Below, one piece after another: positions 8,908 to 18,310 of a DNA stretch of 64,000 nucleotides. The stretch spans positions 256,001 to 320,000 of the forward strand of contig CAVQUB010000012.1 of the NCBI GenBank assembly GCA_963716725.1, given 5' to 3'. A program made the translations under genes and the position numbers. The notes beneath the pieces are model-generated. The model was not told the DNA's origin, did no database searches, and worked only from the letters and a program-made list of their open reading frames with translations. Position 1 is the stretch's first letter. Each line of letters starts with the position of its first letter. This stretch comes from an uncultured delta proteobacterium (lineage in GTDB: Bacteria > Myxococcota_A > Polyangia > Polyangiales > Polyangiaceae).

Positions 8908-9930
8908 TCAGCTCTGGGCGGCGATGTCGATGCAGACTTTTCCGAAGTGGCTGCCGGAGGCCAGGTGCTCGAGCGCGGCCCCCACCTGGTTGAACCCGAA
9001 GACGCGATCGACGACCGGGCGAAGCTTGGTCTGTTCGACCGCGCGGACCAGCGCCTCGAACGACTCTCGATGACCGACGATCACGCCCTGCAATCGGATG
9101 TTCTGCATCAGCACACTCAGCAGGTTGATCTCCGTCGCGCCGCCGCCCAGGTTGCCAATGATGCTGATGGTGCCGCCGGGTCGAACTGCCTTCAGTGAGT
9201 GAGCGAAGGTCGACGCGCCACCGACCTCGAGTATGTGATCCACGCCGCGCCCGCGGGCCGCGTCCCGAGCCGCCTTGCCCCACTCGGGGTTCCGTCGATA
9301 GTTGATCAGTACGTCTGCCCCGAGATCCTTCGCGCGTTCCAGCTTGTCGTCGCTCGAGCTCGTGATGATGACGCGGGCTCCCAGGGCTTTGGCCAGCTGG
9401 AGGCCGAAGATCGAGACGCCGCCGGTGCCGAGCGTCAGTAGGGTGTCACCTGCCGCGAGATTGCCGTGGGTGACCAGCGCGCTCCAAGCCGTGACTCCCG
9501 CGCAGGGCAAGCACGCCGCCTCCTCGTCGGACAAGAAGGCTGGGACGCGGACCACGGCCTCGGCGTTGACCTTCATCAGCTCACACAAGGTCCCGTCGAA
9601 GGGACCGCCGAGCGTGGTCTTGAGTTTGTCGCGCGCAGGCTCTCCCGCGAGCCATGCGGTCGCGAAGATCGGGCAGACGCGGTCCCCGACGCCCACCCGG
9701 GAGACCTCCGAGCCGACCGAGACGACGGTCCCGACGCCATCCGAGGCGGGGATCAGCGGGAGCGCCTGCTTTGGATTGTAGGAGCCGCGCACCATGAGCA
9801 GATCGCGGTAGTTGAGCGAGACCGCGTTCATTCGGAGCACCACGTCGTGGGGCCCCGGCTCGGGATCGGGGCGCTCTTCCGTGAGCAAATTCTCGAGCCC
9901 GAACCCCCCGGAGAGGACCACCGCTTTCAT
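8908..9930 (-). CDS. NAD(P)-dependent alcohol dehydrogenase (MDR/zinc-binding family)
   Basis: MKAVVL start, VSLNYRDL, PASDGVG, LPCAGVTAW, GTGGVS, HFGKVCI; true start at 9930, not 11190. Confidence 0.92.
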   Translation of the reverse strand: MKAVVLSGGFGLENLLTEERPDPEPGPHDVVLRMNAVSLNYRDLLMVRGSYNPKQALPLIPASDGVGTVVSVGSEVSRVGVGDRVCPIFATAWLAGEPARDKLKTTLGGPFDGTLCELMKVNAEAVVRVPAFLSDEEAACLPCAGVTAWSALVTHGNLAAGDTLLTLGTGGVSIFGLQLAKALGARVIITSSSDDKLERAKDLGADVLINYRRNPEWGKAARDAARGRGVDHILEVGGASTFAHSLKAVRPGGTISIIGNLGGGATEINLLSVLMQNIRLQGVIVGHRESFEALVRAVEQTKLRPVVDRVFGFNQVGAALEHLASGSHFGKVCIDIAAQS

Positions 9931-9984
9931 CGCTGCTGAACTTACGACAGGCGGGCGGCGCGGGTCACCGGCTAAGCTCGAGCA

Positions 9985-12456
9985 ATGCCAGCTTCTGCGG
10001 CGACAGCCTGGGTTCGAGCGCCCGCGTTCGTCGTCGCGCTGTTGGGGCTGGGAGCGACGACCTTCAGCGCCTGTCCCCGAGGCCAGCGCCCGCCCTTTGC
10101 GTCGGACGAGCGCGGTGGCGTGCGGCTCGAGGCGCTGACCGCATCGAACCTGCCGACTGGTCCCCGCGCTCAGGGCCGGCCCGGCGACTTCTTGCTGTCC
10201 ACTCCCTTGCTGCGCTTGGTCATCGGTCGTGCGGACGGCGCCGGACCCCGGAGCCTGTCCGGGGTCATCCTGGACGCGGCAGCGGATGCGTGGGTCGACG
10301 ATCCGCTGAGCGCTCTCGGGCTCGTTTTGCAGGCAGACGGCACGGAGGTCCCCACCCTCGTGCGCAGCGTCGAGCCGGAGCTTTCGGGAGCGGCGCCAGC
10401 CGTGCGGATCGTGCACGAGAGCGCCGACCGAACGCTGATGGTCGTGACCCAGATCTCGGTCACGCCTGGAGAGCGCTGGGCGTCGATCACCTCGCGAGTC
10501 GAGAACAAGTCTTCGACGTCTCGCCGAGTGCGGATGGGCGATCGTCTGGAGTGGCACGGCGGAGAGTCCTTCGTATCTGGCTCCGGTTTCAGCGCCGACC
10601 ACACGGAGGTCGCGGCTCCGTGGCTCGCGCACTCCGGACGTCGACTGTCCGCGGCGCTCGCGTTTCCTGGGACCGACGCCCGAGTGCGCTCCCGTGAGCG
10701 CGAGATGGGGGCCCGCGAGCAGACAGCGTTCGGTCCCGAGCTCCGGCTCGCCCCGGGACAGAGCGCCCGGCACGGTCGTCGGTTGGTGGTGGCGCCCGGC
10801 TCTCTGGACGTCGCCTCCGAGCACGTGTGGCGCGCCGCAGGCGTCGAGCCTGGGTTGGTCGAAGTCTCGCTCGCCTCGGAGGTGCCGTGGGCCGTGATCG
10901 AAGCGCGTGACGCAGCGGGGCGCCCGGTCGTCTCCGCCCGCGTCCGCGGCTCGAAGGCCGTCTTGTTCGTTCCGTCTGGGAGCTACCAGATCGTGCTGAA
11001 TAGCCCCGGCGGCACCGACCGGGCTCGAGTGAAGGTGAGCTCTCGCGGGACCGCACGCGTCGAGCTCATACCCCCACGGCCCGCGCGCATTTCGTACCAG
11101 ATCTCGGACGACCACGGCGCTCCCATGCCCGCACGTCTGATCGTCTCTGGTCTCCCACCGACCATCAACCCTGATCTGGGACCGCACCACTCGGCTGCTG
11201 GAGCGGCCAACGTCGCGTGCACCGCGACCGGGACGGGTTCGCTCGAGCTCCCGCCGGGTCGCTACTCAGTGCTCGCGACGCGCGGCCCCGAGTACGAGCT
11301 CGACGAGCACGTCGTCGAGGTTTCGGCGACCCAAGGCGCGACCATTCGACCGCGGCTCGCGCGGGTCGTGGACACGAAGGGCTGGCTCGCAGCGGACCTC
11401 CATCTGCATGCAGATCCGAGCGGCGACTCGGAGGTGTCGCTTGCTGACCGCGTGACTTCGCTGGTCGCGGAGGGCGTCGAGCTCGCCGTGGCGACGGATC
11501 ACAACCACGTCACCGACTATGCGCCGGCCGTTCGACAGCTCGGGATGGAACGGCGAGTGTCGACCCGACCCGGCGTCGAGGTCACGACCAGCAAATGGGG
11601 CCACTTCAACGTGTACCCCTATCCGACGACCGCGGCGTTGCCCGCGCTGGCGGGCGCCTCGCCGGCCGCGTTCCTATCGTGGTTGAGGGGCGCGGTCCCG
11701 GAGGCGCTGATCCAGGTCAATCACCCCCGCATGGGCGACATCGGCTACTTCAACCAAATCCGGCTCGACGCGCAGGGCGCGTCGGCAACGCCCGGCGCTT
11801 CCCTCGATTTCGATTTGATCGAAGTGTGGAATGGCTTTGATCTCGCGAAGCCATCGGTGCTGGACGAAGGTCTCGCGGAGTGGATGCGACTCATCTTGGC
11901 GGGTCGTCGCTACACCGCGGTGGGCAACTCGGACTCTCATCGAATCGCGTATCAGTGGGCCGGCTACCCACGGACCTATGTGCGCGTCGAGGACGAAAGC
12001 CCGGAGGGCCCCGACTGGAGCCAGGTGGTCGCGTCGCTCCGGGCGGGCAGAGTGGTGGTGACCAGCGGGCCATTCATCGATCTTCGCGTCGACGGCGAAT
12101 CACCGGGAGCGTTGGTCAAAACGGAGCAAGGCACGGTCGGTGTCGAGCTCGAAGTGCGAGCTCCAGCCTGGATCGGCGTCGAACGCGCGGAGCTGTTCCT
12201 CGACGGCAAGCTGGCCATGCAAGTGGACGCCAGCTCCCCCGAACGTGAGGTAACCTCGAGTCCACGCGCCCGGCTGCGTTTCGTCGGAGGGGTACCCGTT
12301 GCGGCAGATGGGTTCCTGGTCGTCGTGGTGCGCGGCACGACCTCGCTGGGGCGGGTGCTTCCTGGAACCAACGTGGTCCCCGTCGCCTTCACCAATCCGG
12401 TCTTCATCGATGCGGACGGAGACGGGCGCTACACGCCGCCAGGGGCGGCGAAGTGA
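9985..12456 (+). CDS. Secreted CehA/McbA-family (PHP-like) metallohydrolase
   Basis: ADLHLHADPSGDS, ATDHNH, GHFN, QVNHP, GNSDSH, AFTNPVFIDADGDG; N-terminal signal/lipobox and carboxypeptidase-regulatory-like domains. Confidence 0.85.
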   Translation: MPASAATAWVRAPAFVVALLGLGATTFSACPRGQRPPFASDERGGVRLEALTASNLPTGPRAQGRPGDFLLSTPLLRLVIGRADGAGPRSLSGVILDAAADAWVDDPLSALGLVLQADGTEVPTLVRSVEPELSGAAPAVRIVHESADRTLMVVTQISVTPGERWASITSRVENKSSTSRRVRMGDRLEWHGGESFVSGSGFSADHTEVAAPWLAHSGRRLSAALAFPGTDARVRSREREMGAREQTAFGPELRLAPGQSARHGRRLVVAPGSLDVASEHVWRAAGVEPGLVEVSLASEVPWAVIEARDAAGRPVVSARVRGSKAVLFVPSGSYQIVLNSPGGTDRARVKVSSRGTARVELIPPRPARISYQISDDHGAPMPARLIVSGLPPTINPDLGPHHSAAGAANVACTATGTGSLELPPGRYSVLATRGPEYELDEHVVEVSATQGATIRPRLARVVDTKGWLAADLHLHADPSGDSEVSLADRVTSLVAEGVELAVATDHNHVTDYAPAVRQLGMERRVSTRPGVEVTTSKWGHFNVYPYPTTAALPALAGASPAAFLSWLRGAVPEALIQVNHPRMGDIGYFNQIRLDAQGASATPGASLDFDLIEVWNGFDLAKPSVLDEGLAEWMRLILAGRRYTAVGNSDSHRIAYQWAGYPRTYVRVEDESPEGPDWSQVVASLRAGRVVVTSGPFIDLRVDGESPGALVKTEQGTVGVELEVRAPAWIGVERAELFLDGKLAMQVDASSPEREVTSSPRARLRFVGGVPVAADGFLVVVVRGTTSLGRVLPGTNVVPVAFTNPVFIDADGDGRYTPPGAAK

Positions 12457-12461
12457 GGTGT

Positions 12462-14975
12462 TCAAGCGCTCTCGAGCCTCGCCAGGAGTGAGTACGCCGC
12501 GCGCCAGCTCGGGCGACGCGCGCTGATCTGCTCGTGGAGCCAGAGCCTGAGCGAGTCACGTTCGTGAGCTGGCAGCTGTCCGGCGTCGTGAAGGCTCGTC
12601 AGGGCGTCCAGCGCGCCCTCGACGGCGGTTGCCGGCGCGCCTACGGCCAACGCTGCGACGCTCATCGCATCTCCGTCACGGGAGGCCCGCGATAGGCGCT
12701 CTTCGGCCTGCGCTGCGTGACGGCGCCAAACCCAACTTCGAAGCTCGGGCTGGTCGAGCCAGCGTCTGACGGCGCTCTCGGGCAGGGCGTCTGCCAGCGC
12801 TTCGAGCAACTCGGGATCACTTGGCGGAGTTTCGCAGAGCGCCTCCCAAGCGTCGCTGGCGAGGAGCGGAACGAGCTGACGTGCATGCGTCGGCGACTGA
12901 CTCAGAACACGAAGCGCCAGTTTTGCTGGGGCACTGGCGAAGAACGTGCGTCCGGCGTCGCCCACTGGATCGAGGACCGTGCCTGCCACCTCTGGGCAGT
13001 CGGCCCGCTCCCAGACCCGATAGAGCCATTCCGCGAGCGGCGCCGGGTCGACCTGGCCACGCGCGTGCCAGATGGCGCGTAGGATCTCGCCATCACGCGT
13101 GCTCAGCGCTACGTCGGGCCACTTCGCGTGGCCGGTGCCGACGAGATCGAGAACGCGGCAGGGTGCGTCACTGAGGGCGAGCCCGAGTGCGCTCGGGTCC
13201 GCCGAACGCAGCCGATCGAGCAGGGCGTAGGCGCCCCGGAACCAAGGCGTTTGGGGGTCGATACTGCTCAAGGTGTCGGCAATGGCAGCGTTCACGCGTT
13301 CGTGCGCGTCGTCGTGGAGCCACTGTTGTTCGATGGATTCCGCCATGGCCATGGCCGCGAGGAAGAACGCCCCGCGTTCGCAGGCCGGCTCGAGCCCAAC
13401 TGGGTGTTCGACTCGGGGGAGCGGGGGCATGCCCGGGAGCCTCAGGCTCAAATCGAAGGTCGCGTCCCACAGATCGGTCAGCGCATCGACGCTGAGATCC
13501 GCACCCGAGAGCAACGCCAAACCCGCGCAGCGAAATGCCGTCTCCACGGCGACGGCGTAGGCTGGGCTCTCGCTGGCCTCGAGTTCCACCGCATCGCTCA
13601 AGAGCTCCGCGTCGCCGCTGCAAATGCGAGCCAAGATCCGTCGAACGAGCCGGGGCGCCGAGTGGGGCCGGAGCAACGCCTCTCCCCACTCGAACGCCGA
13701 AGCATCGAGCAACTGCCGCTCGGCCTCCAGCTCGACGGCGCGGCTCAAGTAGCGCGGTGCAGGCACCAGCCGCTGGTGGTCAGCCGGCGAAAGCAGCCCG
13801 ACCTGGGAAAAGGTCCGCACGATGCGAAAGGCGCCGGGTGACAGACTGCGCGCGGCCCGTTCGACGTCACTCGGTCGAATGGACGAATTTACTCGCGCCA
13901 TTGAAACACGCAGCCACTCGACGTCGATGCTGGACTTGTGCTCGTCGGGGACCAACGCGGTCCATTCTTCGACGGTGCGAGGAGTCGCGAAGGGAAGACT
14001 GGAGTCCGTCAACGCTCGCCGAGCCATCGCGATCATTACGTCGACACCGTTGCGACGTTGCCACGCGACCGAGCCTGCTTCGTCGCCGAATGCTTCGTCG
14101 AAGCGTTGCTTCACGTCTTGCCGAGCCAGGTCGAGCACGCTCTTGCTGCGCCCCCGCGCGAAGCCGACGCGATCGAGGACACCAGCCAGACCGAGCACGC
14201 TGCCGAAGCAGTCGGCCTCTGCCCGGGCGAGCGGTCCGCTCCGCAGCCACTCGAGCAACGAGCGTTCGTCGAGCGCGGTGTCACTGGGGAATCGCGACAA
14301 GATCCAGCGCACGAGCTCGGGTAGGCGGGAATCGAGCTCCGGGGAAGGGAGGACGCTCCAGCCTTGGCGCGGCGCGGGAGGCAGGGCGCCGGCGACACAC
14401 AGGCGCCGGCGCGGGGCCGCAGCGGTGACGACTTCGTCGGAGCGAAGCTCGATGAAGACCGGAGCGCCGTCGTCGACCAAAGCGTCGATCTCCGAGGCAC
14501 GATCGACGGAGTGGAACCGCGCCAGCCCCCGCGCGGCCAGCCACTGGCCCACCAGCGTGCGACCCGATCCCGGGGGAGCCACCCAGAACGTGCGGTCCCA
14601 GCGCGCCGGGTCGAAGGCCACCGCCGGGATGGTCGGCGGCAGCTCGTCCCTCGCCAGGTCGAAGGAGCGGGCGTAGGGCAGGTCGTTCCAGCGGAGCACC
14701 CGAGAAGCCGACGCCGCTTCTCTCGCCGGCTGAACAACCAGCTCGGTCACGGAGCATTTGAGCAGCCTCGCCAAGGTTGCCTGGATGTCTGGCCGGTCTG
14801 AGAGCCAAGTGAGATCGTGCCCCCGGTCGAGCTTGCTGAGAAGCGTGCCCAGCGAACGCTCCTGGATCTTCATGTCTTCTGGCCAGCTCGGGTCCGAGAG
14901 TAGCGCCCGGGAGAGCTGACCAAAACTTCGGTACCGTTCTGGCGGCGCCAGCATCAAGTCGCGGATCCAGCCCAA
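12462..14975 (-). CDS. Large hypothetical protein: XRE-like HTH, P-loop-like motif, alpha-helical C-terminus
   Basis: 837-aa ORF, TTG start with AAAGG upstream; LARLLKCSVTEL resembles the end of a Cro/C1 HTH; FWVAPPGSGRT is a Walker-A-like motif. Confidence 0.7.
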   Translation of the reverse strand: MGWIRDLMLAPPERYRSFGQLSRALLSDPSWPEDMKIQERSLGTLLSKLDRGHDLTWLSDRPDIQATLARLLKCSVTELVVQPAREAASASRVLRWNDLPYARSFDLARDELPPTIPAVAFDPARWDRTFWVAPPGSGRTLVGQWLAARGLARFHSVDRASEIDALVDDGAPVFIELRSDEVVTAAAPRRRLCVAGALPPAPRQGWSVLPSPELDSRLPELVRWILSRFPSDTALDERSLLEWLRSGPLARAEADCFGSVLGLAGVLDRVGFARGRSKSVLDLARQDVKQRFDEAFGDEAGSVAWQRRNGVDVMIAMARRALTDSSLPFATPRTVEEWTALVPDEHKSSIDVEWLRVSMARVNSSIRPSDVERAARSLSPGAFRIVRTFSQVGLLSPADHQRLVPAPRYLSRAVELEAERQLLDASAFEWGEALLRPHSAPRLVRRILARICSGDAELLSDAVELEASESPAYAVAVETAFRCAGLALLSGADLSVDALTDLWDATFDLSLRLPGMPPLPRVEHPVGLEPACERGAFFLAAMAMAESIEQQWLHDDAHERVNAAIADTLSSIDPQTPWFRGAYALLDRLRSADPSALGLALSDAPCRVLDLVGTGHAKWPDVALSTRDGEILRAIWHARGQVDPAPLAEWLYRVWERADCPEVAGTVLDPVGDAGRTFFASAPAKLALRVLSQSPTHARQLVPLLASDAWEALCETPPSDPELLEALADALPESAVRRWLDQPELRSWVWRRHAAQAEERLSRASRDGDAMSVAALAVGAPATAVEGALDALTSLHDAGQLPAHERDSLRLWLHEQISARRPSWRAAYSLLARLESA

Positions 14976-15015
14976 GTTGTGATCGCCTTTGTTGAACTAC
15001 AGAATGCATCAGATA

Positions 15016-15047
15016 CGCAGGATGGGCCAAGGATGCAAAATCCTGCG
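15016..15047. promoter_or_regulatory. Putative operator (8-bp inverted repeat) upstream of the 837-aa gene
   Basis: CGCAGGAT (15016-15023) - N16 - ATCCTGCG (15040-15047) in a low-GC intergenic region. Confidence 0.4.
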
Positions 15048-15169
15048 ATTGACGCTTGCGAAATAGCCAAGCACTGGCAGCAAGAAACACCTGATTGCGA
15101 CCAATAACGGAGTGCAGGCTCGACGATGGGAGCGTCGTTAGTGTCCACTGGCGCTTAAGCATGGCTGTT

Positions 15170-15257
15170 GGAGCAGAGTTGTTCGATCTGCACACTAGTT
15201 AATTCACATCGAACACCAACTCGCTCCGGGCCGGGCGCGGCGTTACTTGGTGTTCGA
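15170..15257. other. Overlapping inverted repeats / alternative hairpins
   Basis: GGAGC-A-GAGTT-GTTCGAT (15170-15187) pairs with ATCGAAC-ACC-AACTC-GCTCC (15208-15227); TCGAACACCAA (15209-15219) also pairs with TTGGTGTTCGA (15247-15257). Confidence 0.55.
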
Positions 15258-15263
15258 ATAGAA

Positions 15264-15692
15264 TTATCTAGGGGCCCGCCAGCCGCCCTCTTCGAGTTCG
15301 AGGGTGTATCGACCGCCAGCCATGAGCCGTAGCCCGGCGACGTGCTGCTCCCGGCCGTTCCGGTCGACGACCCGAACGTCGTATCGGCCCGCCGCGGGGA
15401 CGGGCACTCGCAACTGGCCGCCCACTTCCAACCCCGACCTGAGCAAATCGTGGCCCCAAAGCCCGCTCTGCTCGGGAGCCCCCGGCAGCAGCGCTTCTCG
15501 AGGGGCCGCCGCGACCCGGGAGCTCGCCACGAGGTAGAGGTTGTTCACCACGGACGCGGAGCGGTTTTCGACGCGAAAGTCAATCTCGCCCCGGCCGCTG
15601 GGTGTGCCGAGCGTGACAAGCCGCGAAGGCGCACCCCCGGCGCAACCGGCGCCGGTCAGGGCGAGGATCAACAGAAGCGAGCGACGGCGCAT
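15264..15692 (-). CDS. Small lipoprotein, beta-sandwich-like
   Basis: MRRRSLLLILALTGAGC lipobox; VENRSASVVNNLY..WGHDLL..GRYDVRVVD. Confidence 0.7.
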   Translation of the reverse strand: MRRRSLLLILALTGAGCAGGAPSRLVTLGTPSGRGEIDFRVENRSASVVNNLYLVASSRVAAAPREALLPGAPEQSGLWGHDLLRSGLEVGGQLRVPVPAAGRYDVRVVDRNGREQHVAGLRLMAGGRYTLELEEGGWRAPR

Positions 15693-15802
15693 GTTCCGAG
15701 GCTAGCTCACGGCTGGCCGGTGCGCGCCGTGTTACACCTCGCCGGACGCGCGGCCGCCGCCGGGAAGCCCGGTGATGCGATGGCGTAGGAAGGTGCTCCC
15801 CA

Positions 15803-18262
15803 ATGCTTCAGGTTGACACTTGGCGCTCCCGGTCGGTTCGGCTGGCGCTCGTCTGGGCCGTCTCGGCGGCTTCGGCTTGTGGCGGGCCCGCGTCGCCCGC
15901 TGGTGCCGGCGCCCGAGGGCCAAGCGGAGGCGACAAGGCGGTAGCCACGTCGGACACCAAGGCCGACAAGGGCGGTCGCCACGTGATCCCGAAGGGGCAA
16001 CGCGTTCCCAGCGAGAAGCTCGTCGATCGACGGACCCGCGGCGCGTTGGCGGCGGATACCTTGGGTGTCGTCAGCAACAAACGCTCGAAGCCGCCGAAGT
16101 CGTCGGCCGAAGTCTACAAGGCCGCGGCACCGGCGACGGTGATCATTCGCGCCGGAGGCGGGCTCGGTAGCGGCGTGATCATCGACTCTGCGGGGTGGGT
16201 GCTGACCAATCATCACGTCATCGCCGGCGGCGACAAGGAAGAGTTCAAGACCAAGGTCACGGTTGTACTGGGCAAGCTCGGCGATGCGGGCGGCATGGTG
16301 CGCGTGAAGAAGGAGTACGACGCCTTGGTCTACAAGGCAGACAAGCTCCGCGACATGGCGCTGCTGAAGATCGTCGACCCGCCTGCGAAGCTTCCAACGG
16401 TCGCGATGGCCAAAGAGGCCCCCCAGCCGGGACAGCAGGTGATCGCGTTGGGTCACGCCGGTGCGGGCATGCTCTGGGCGCTCAAGGCCGGCGAGATCTC
16501 GGCGATGGGCAAGCTCAGCGAGCAACTCGCGACGCTCGCTCAGTTCAAGGACGACAAGGCCGGGCACGAGGCCGAAGACAAGTTCAAGAAGTACCTGGAC
16601 GATCGCAACCTCGGGCTGGTCATCCAGTCCACTTGCAACATCTTGCCGGGCGACAGCGGCGGTCCGCTGCTCACACTTGCGGGTGAGCTGATCGGACTCA
16701 ACGCCTTCAGCAACCAAGACCCGCGCACCGGCGGTTTGCTGAGCTTTCACGTGCACAAGAACGAGCTCGCCGACTTCGTCAAAGACCGCCCCTCCCGCCC
16801 GGCGAGGCTGGTGCCCGACCCTTGGAAGGACGGCGGCGGCGACGCGAGCTACGAGGACGTTGACCTCGACGGCCGCGTCGACGCGTTGGTCCTCGAAGGA
16901 CGACGAGCCTGCAGCTTCTGCCCGCGCCAGAGCGTCGCGGTGTTCTTCGACATCGATCAGGACACCTACCGGGGCACGACGACGTTGCCGCCGCTGACCG
17001 AGACTTACGAGAAGCGAAAGTTCGACGCTGAGCTCGTGTACCTGCAGGTCGAGAGCGACACCTTCGTCTGGTACGACACTGACAACGACGGCACCTTCGA
17101 CTTCTTGGTCCACGACCCCAAGTCCACGGGGCGAGCGGCGGGTGCCTTCCGAATCAAGAAGGATGGGGACTACGAGAAGGACGCTGGCTTCGGCAATGGT
17201 CGCGACGTGAGCGTGTCGCTGCTCAAGGACTCCGCGCTCCAGACTCGGATGCAGCGCATGGCCACCGCGGCATTCCCAAAGCACTACGTCGAGGCGGCGT
17301 CTGCCGCCAACGACACGCTTCCCGAACCCGTGGGACGGACCGGCAAGGCCGTGCTCAGCGATCTGGACGGTGACGGGGTGACCGAGTCGGTGCGCGTGGA
17401 CTCGGCCTTCAGCTACCGGCTGCTCGTCGACGTGGACCGAAGCAGCGTCGGCTCGTTGCCGAAGTCCTTCAATCTCTCCACCCACGGCGCTCAGATCGAT
17501 GCCGAACTCGCCGTCGTGTCCCAGGGGAGCCACATGTGGTTCTGGTACGACACCGACGATGACGGGCGATTCGATCTCGTGCTGCACTCGCCCGAGCCGC
17601 GACTCTACGTCGCCAAAGACGCTTGGCGCGTCGATGCCAGCGGCAACAAGACGGCCGCGCCCGAGCATGTCGGGCGCAAGCTCGTCCGTGCGGATTTGCT
17701 CTCGTCGACGTCACAGTCCGCGCAGCTCAAGACCCTCGCGACCAAGGGATTCCTGTCGATCTTGAGCGCGCCATCGGACAGCGGCATCGGCTCGTTCCCG
17801 GAGCCCGTCGCCGACCACCGCGGTTCCAGCTACGAGGTCATGGACATCAAGGGCGCGCAGAAGTCGGTCGTGCTCGTCTCTGCCCAAGGCAGCGACGGCT
17901 ACTTGGTCGACGTTGACAGCAACAGCCTGCGGGACAAGCCCGCGAAGCCCAAGGACCTCTCCAAGCTCGTCGAGACGGGCAAGCTCGATTTCGAGTTTGC
18001 GTACTTCCAGCGCAATGGCCTGGCGTGGGCGTACTACGACATCGACGCCAAGAAGGGCTACGACATGGTGCTCTACTCGTCGCAGCCGCGCGGTGGCAAA
18101 GCCGACCTCGGATACCGCATCGACGCCAGCGGGAAGGTCACTCTGGACCAGTCGCTGAAGGGCACGCCGCTAGCGAGTCACAGCTTGTTCACCAAGGCAG
18201 GCGACAAGAAGCGATTCGAGAAGATCGCGAAGGAACTCTTCGGCAAGGGCGCCGTCGAGTAG
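15803..18262 (+). CDS. Trypsin-like (S1) serine protease lipoprotein with three C-terminal repeats
   Basis: GLGSGVII, LTNHHVI (His), RDMALL (Asp), PGDSGGPL (Ser); repeats containing DxDxDG-type motifs. Confidence 0.88.
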   Translation: MLQVDTWRSRSVRLALVWAVSAASACGGPASPAGAGARGPSGGDKAVATSDTKADKGGRHVIPKGQRVPSEKLVDRRTRGALAADTLGVVSNKRSKPPKSSAEVYKAAAPATVIIRAGGGLGSGVIIDSAGWVLTNHHVIAGGDKEEFKTKVTVVLGKLGDAGGMVRVKKEYDALVYKADKLRDMALLKIVDPPAKLPTVAMAKEAPQPGQQVIALGHAGAGMLWALKAGEISAMGKLSEQLATLAQFKDDKAGHEAEDKFKKYLDDRNLGLVIQSTCNILPGDSGGPLLTLAGELIGLNAFSNQDPRTGGLLSFHVHKNELADFVKDRPSRPARLVPDPWKDGGGDASYEDVDLDGRVDALVLEGRRACSFCPRQSVAVFFDIDQDTYRGTTTLPPLTETYEKRKFDAELVYLQVESDTFVWYDTDNDGTFDFLVHDPKSTGRAAGAFRIKKDGDYEKDAGFGNGRDVSVSLLKDSALQTRMQRMATAAFPKHYVEAASAANDTLPEPVGRTGKAVLSDLDGDGVTESVRVDSAFSYRLLVDVDRSSVGSLPKSFNLSTHGAQIDAELAVVSQGSHMWFWYDTDDDGRFDLVLHSPEPRLYVAKDAWRVDASGNKTAAPEHVGRKLVRADLLSSTSQSAQLKTLATKGFLSILSAPSDSGIGSFPEPVADHRGSSYEVMDIKGAQKSVVLVSAQGSDGYLVDVDSNSLRDKPAKPKDLSKLVETGKLDFEFAYFQRNGLAWAYYDIDAKKGYDMVLYSSQPRGGKADLGYRIDASGKVTLDQSLKGTPLASHSLFTKAGDKKRFEKIAKELFGKGAVE

Positions 18263-18310
18263 TCGTCCGCCGGAGCGCCGTCACCGGCGCAGGGGGGTGG
18301 CAGGACCTCT

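Noticed and set aside
9931..11190. 760-aa N-terminally extended alcohol dehydrogenase
   Set aside because: The extension is antisense to the metallohydrolase gene; the MDR domain begins at MKAVVL (9930)
15178..15258. LexA/SOS box suggested by GTTC half-sites
   Set aside because: Spacing and orientation do not fit the GAAC-N4-GTTC, GTTC-N7-GTTC or Myxococcus LexA consensus as I recall them
14976..15263. Retron msr-msd, CRISPR leader/array or tRNA in the structured low-GC region
   Set aside because: No reverse transcriptase or cas gene in the window, no regularly spaced repeats, no cloverleaf or T-loop consensus
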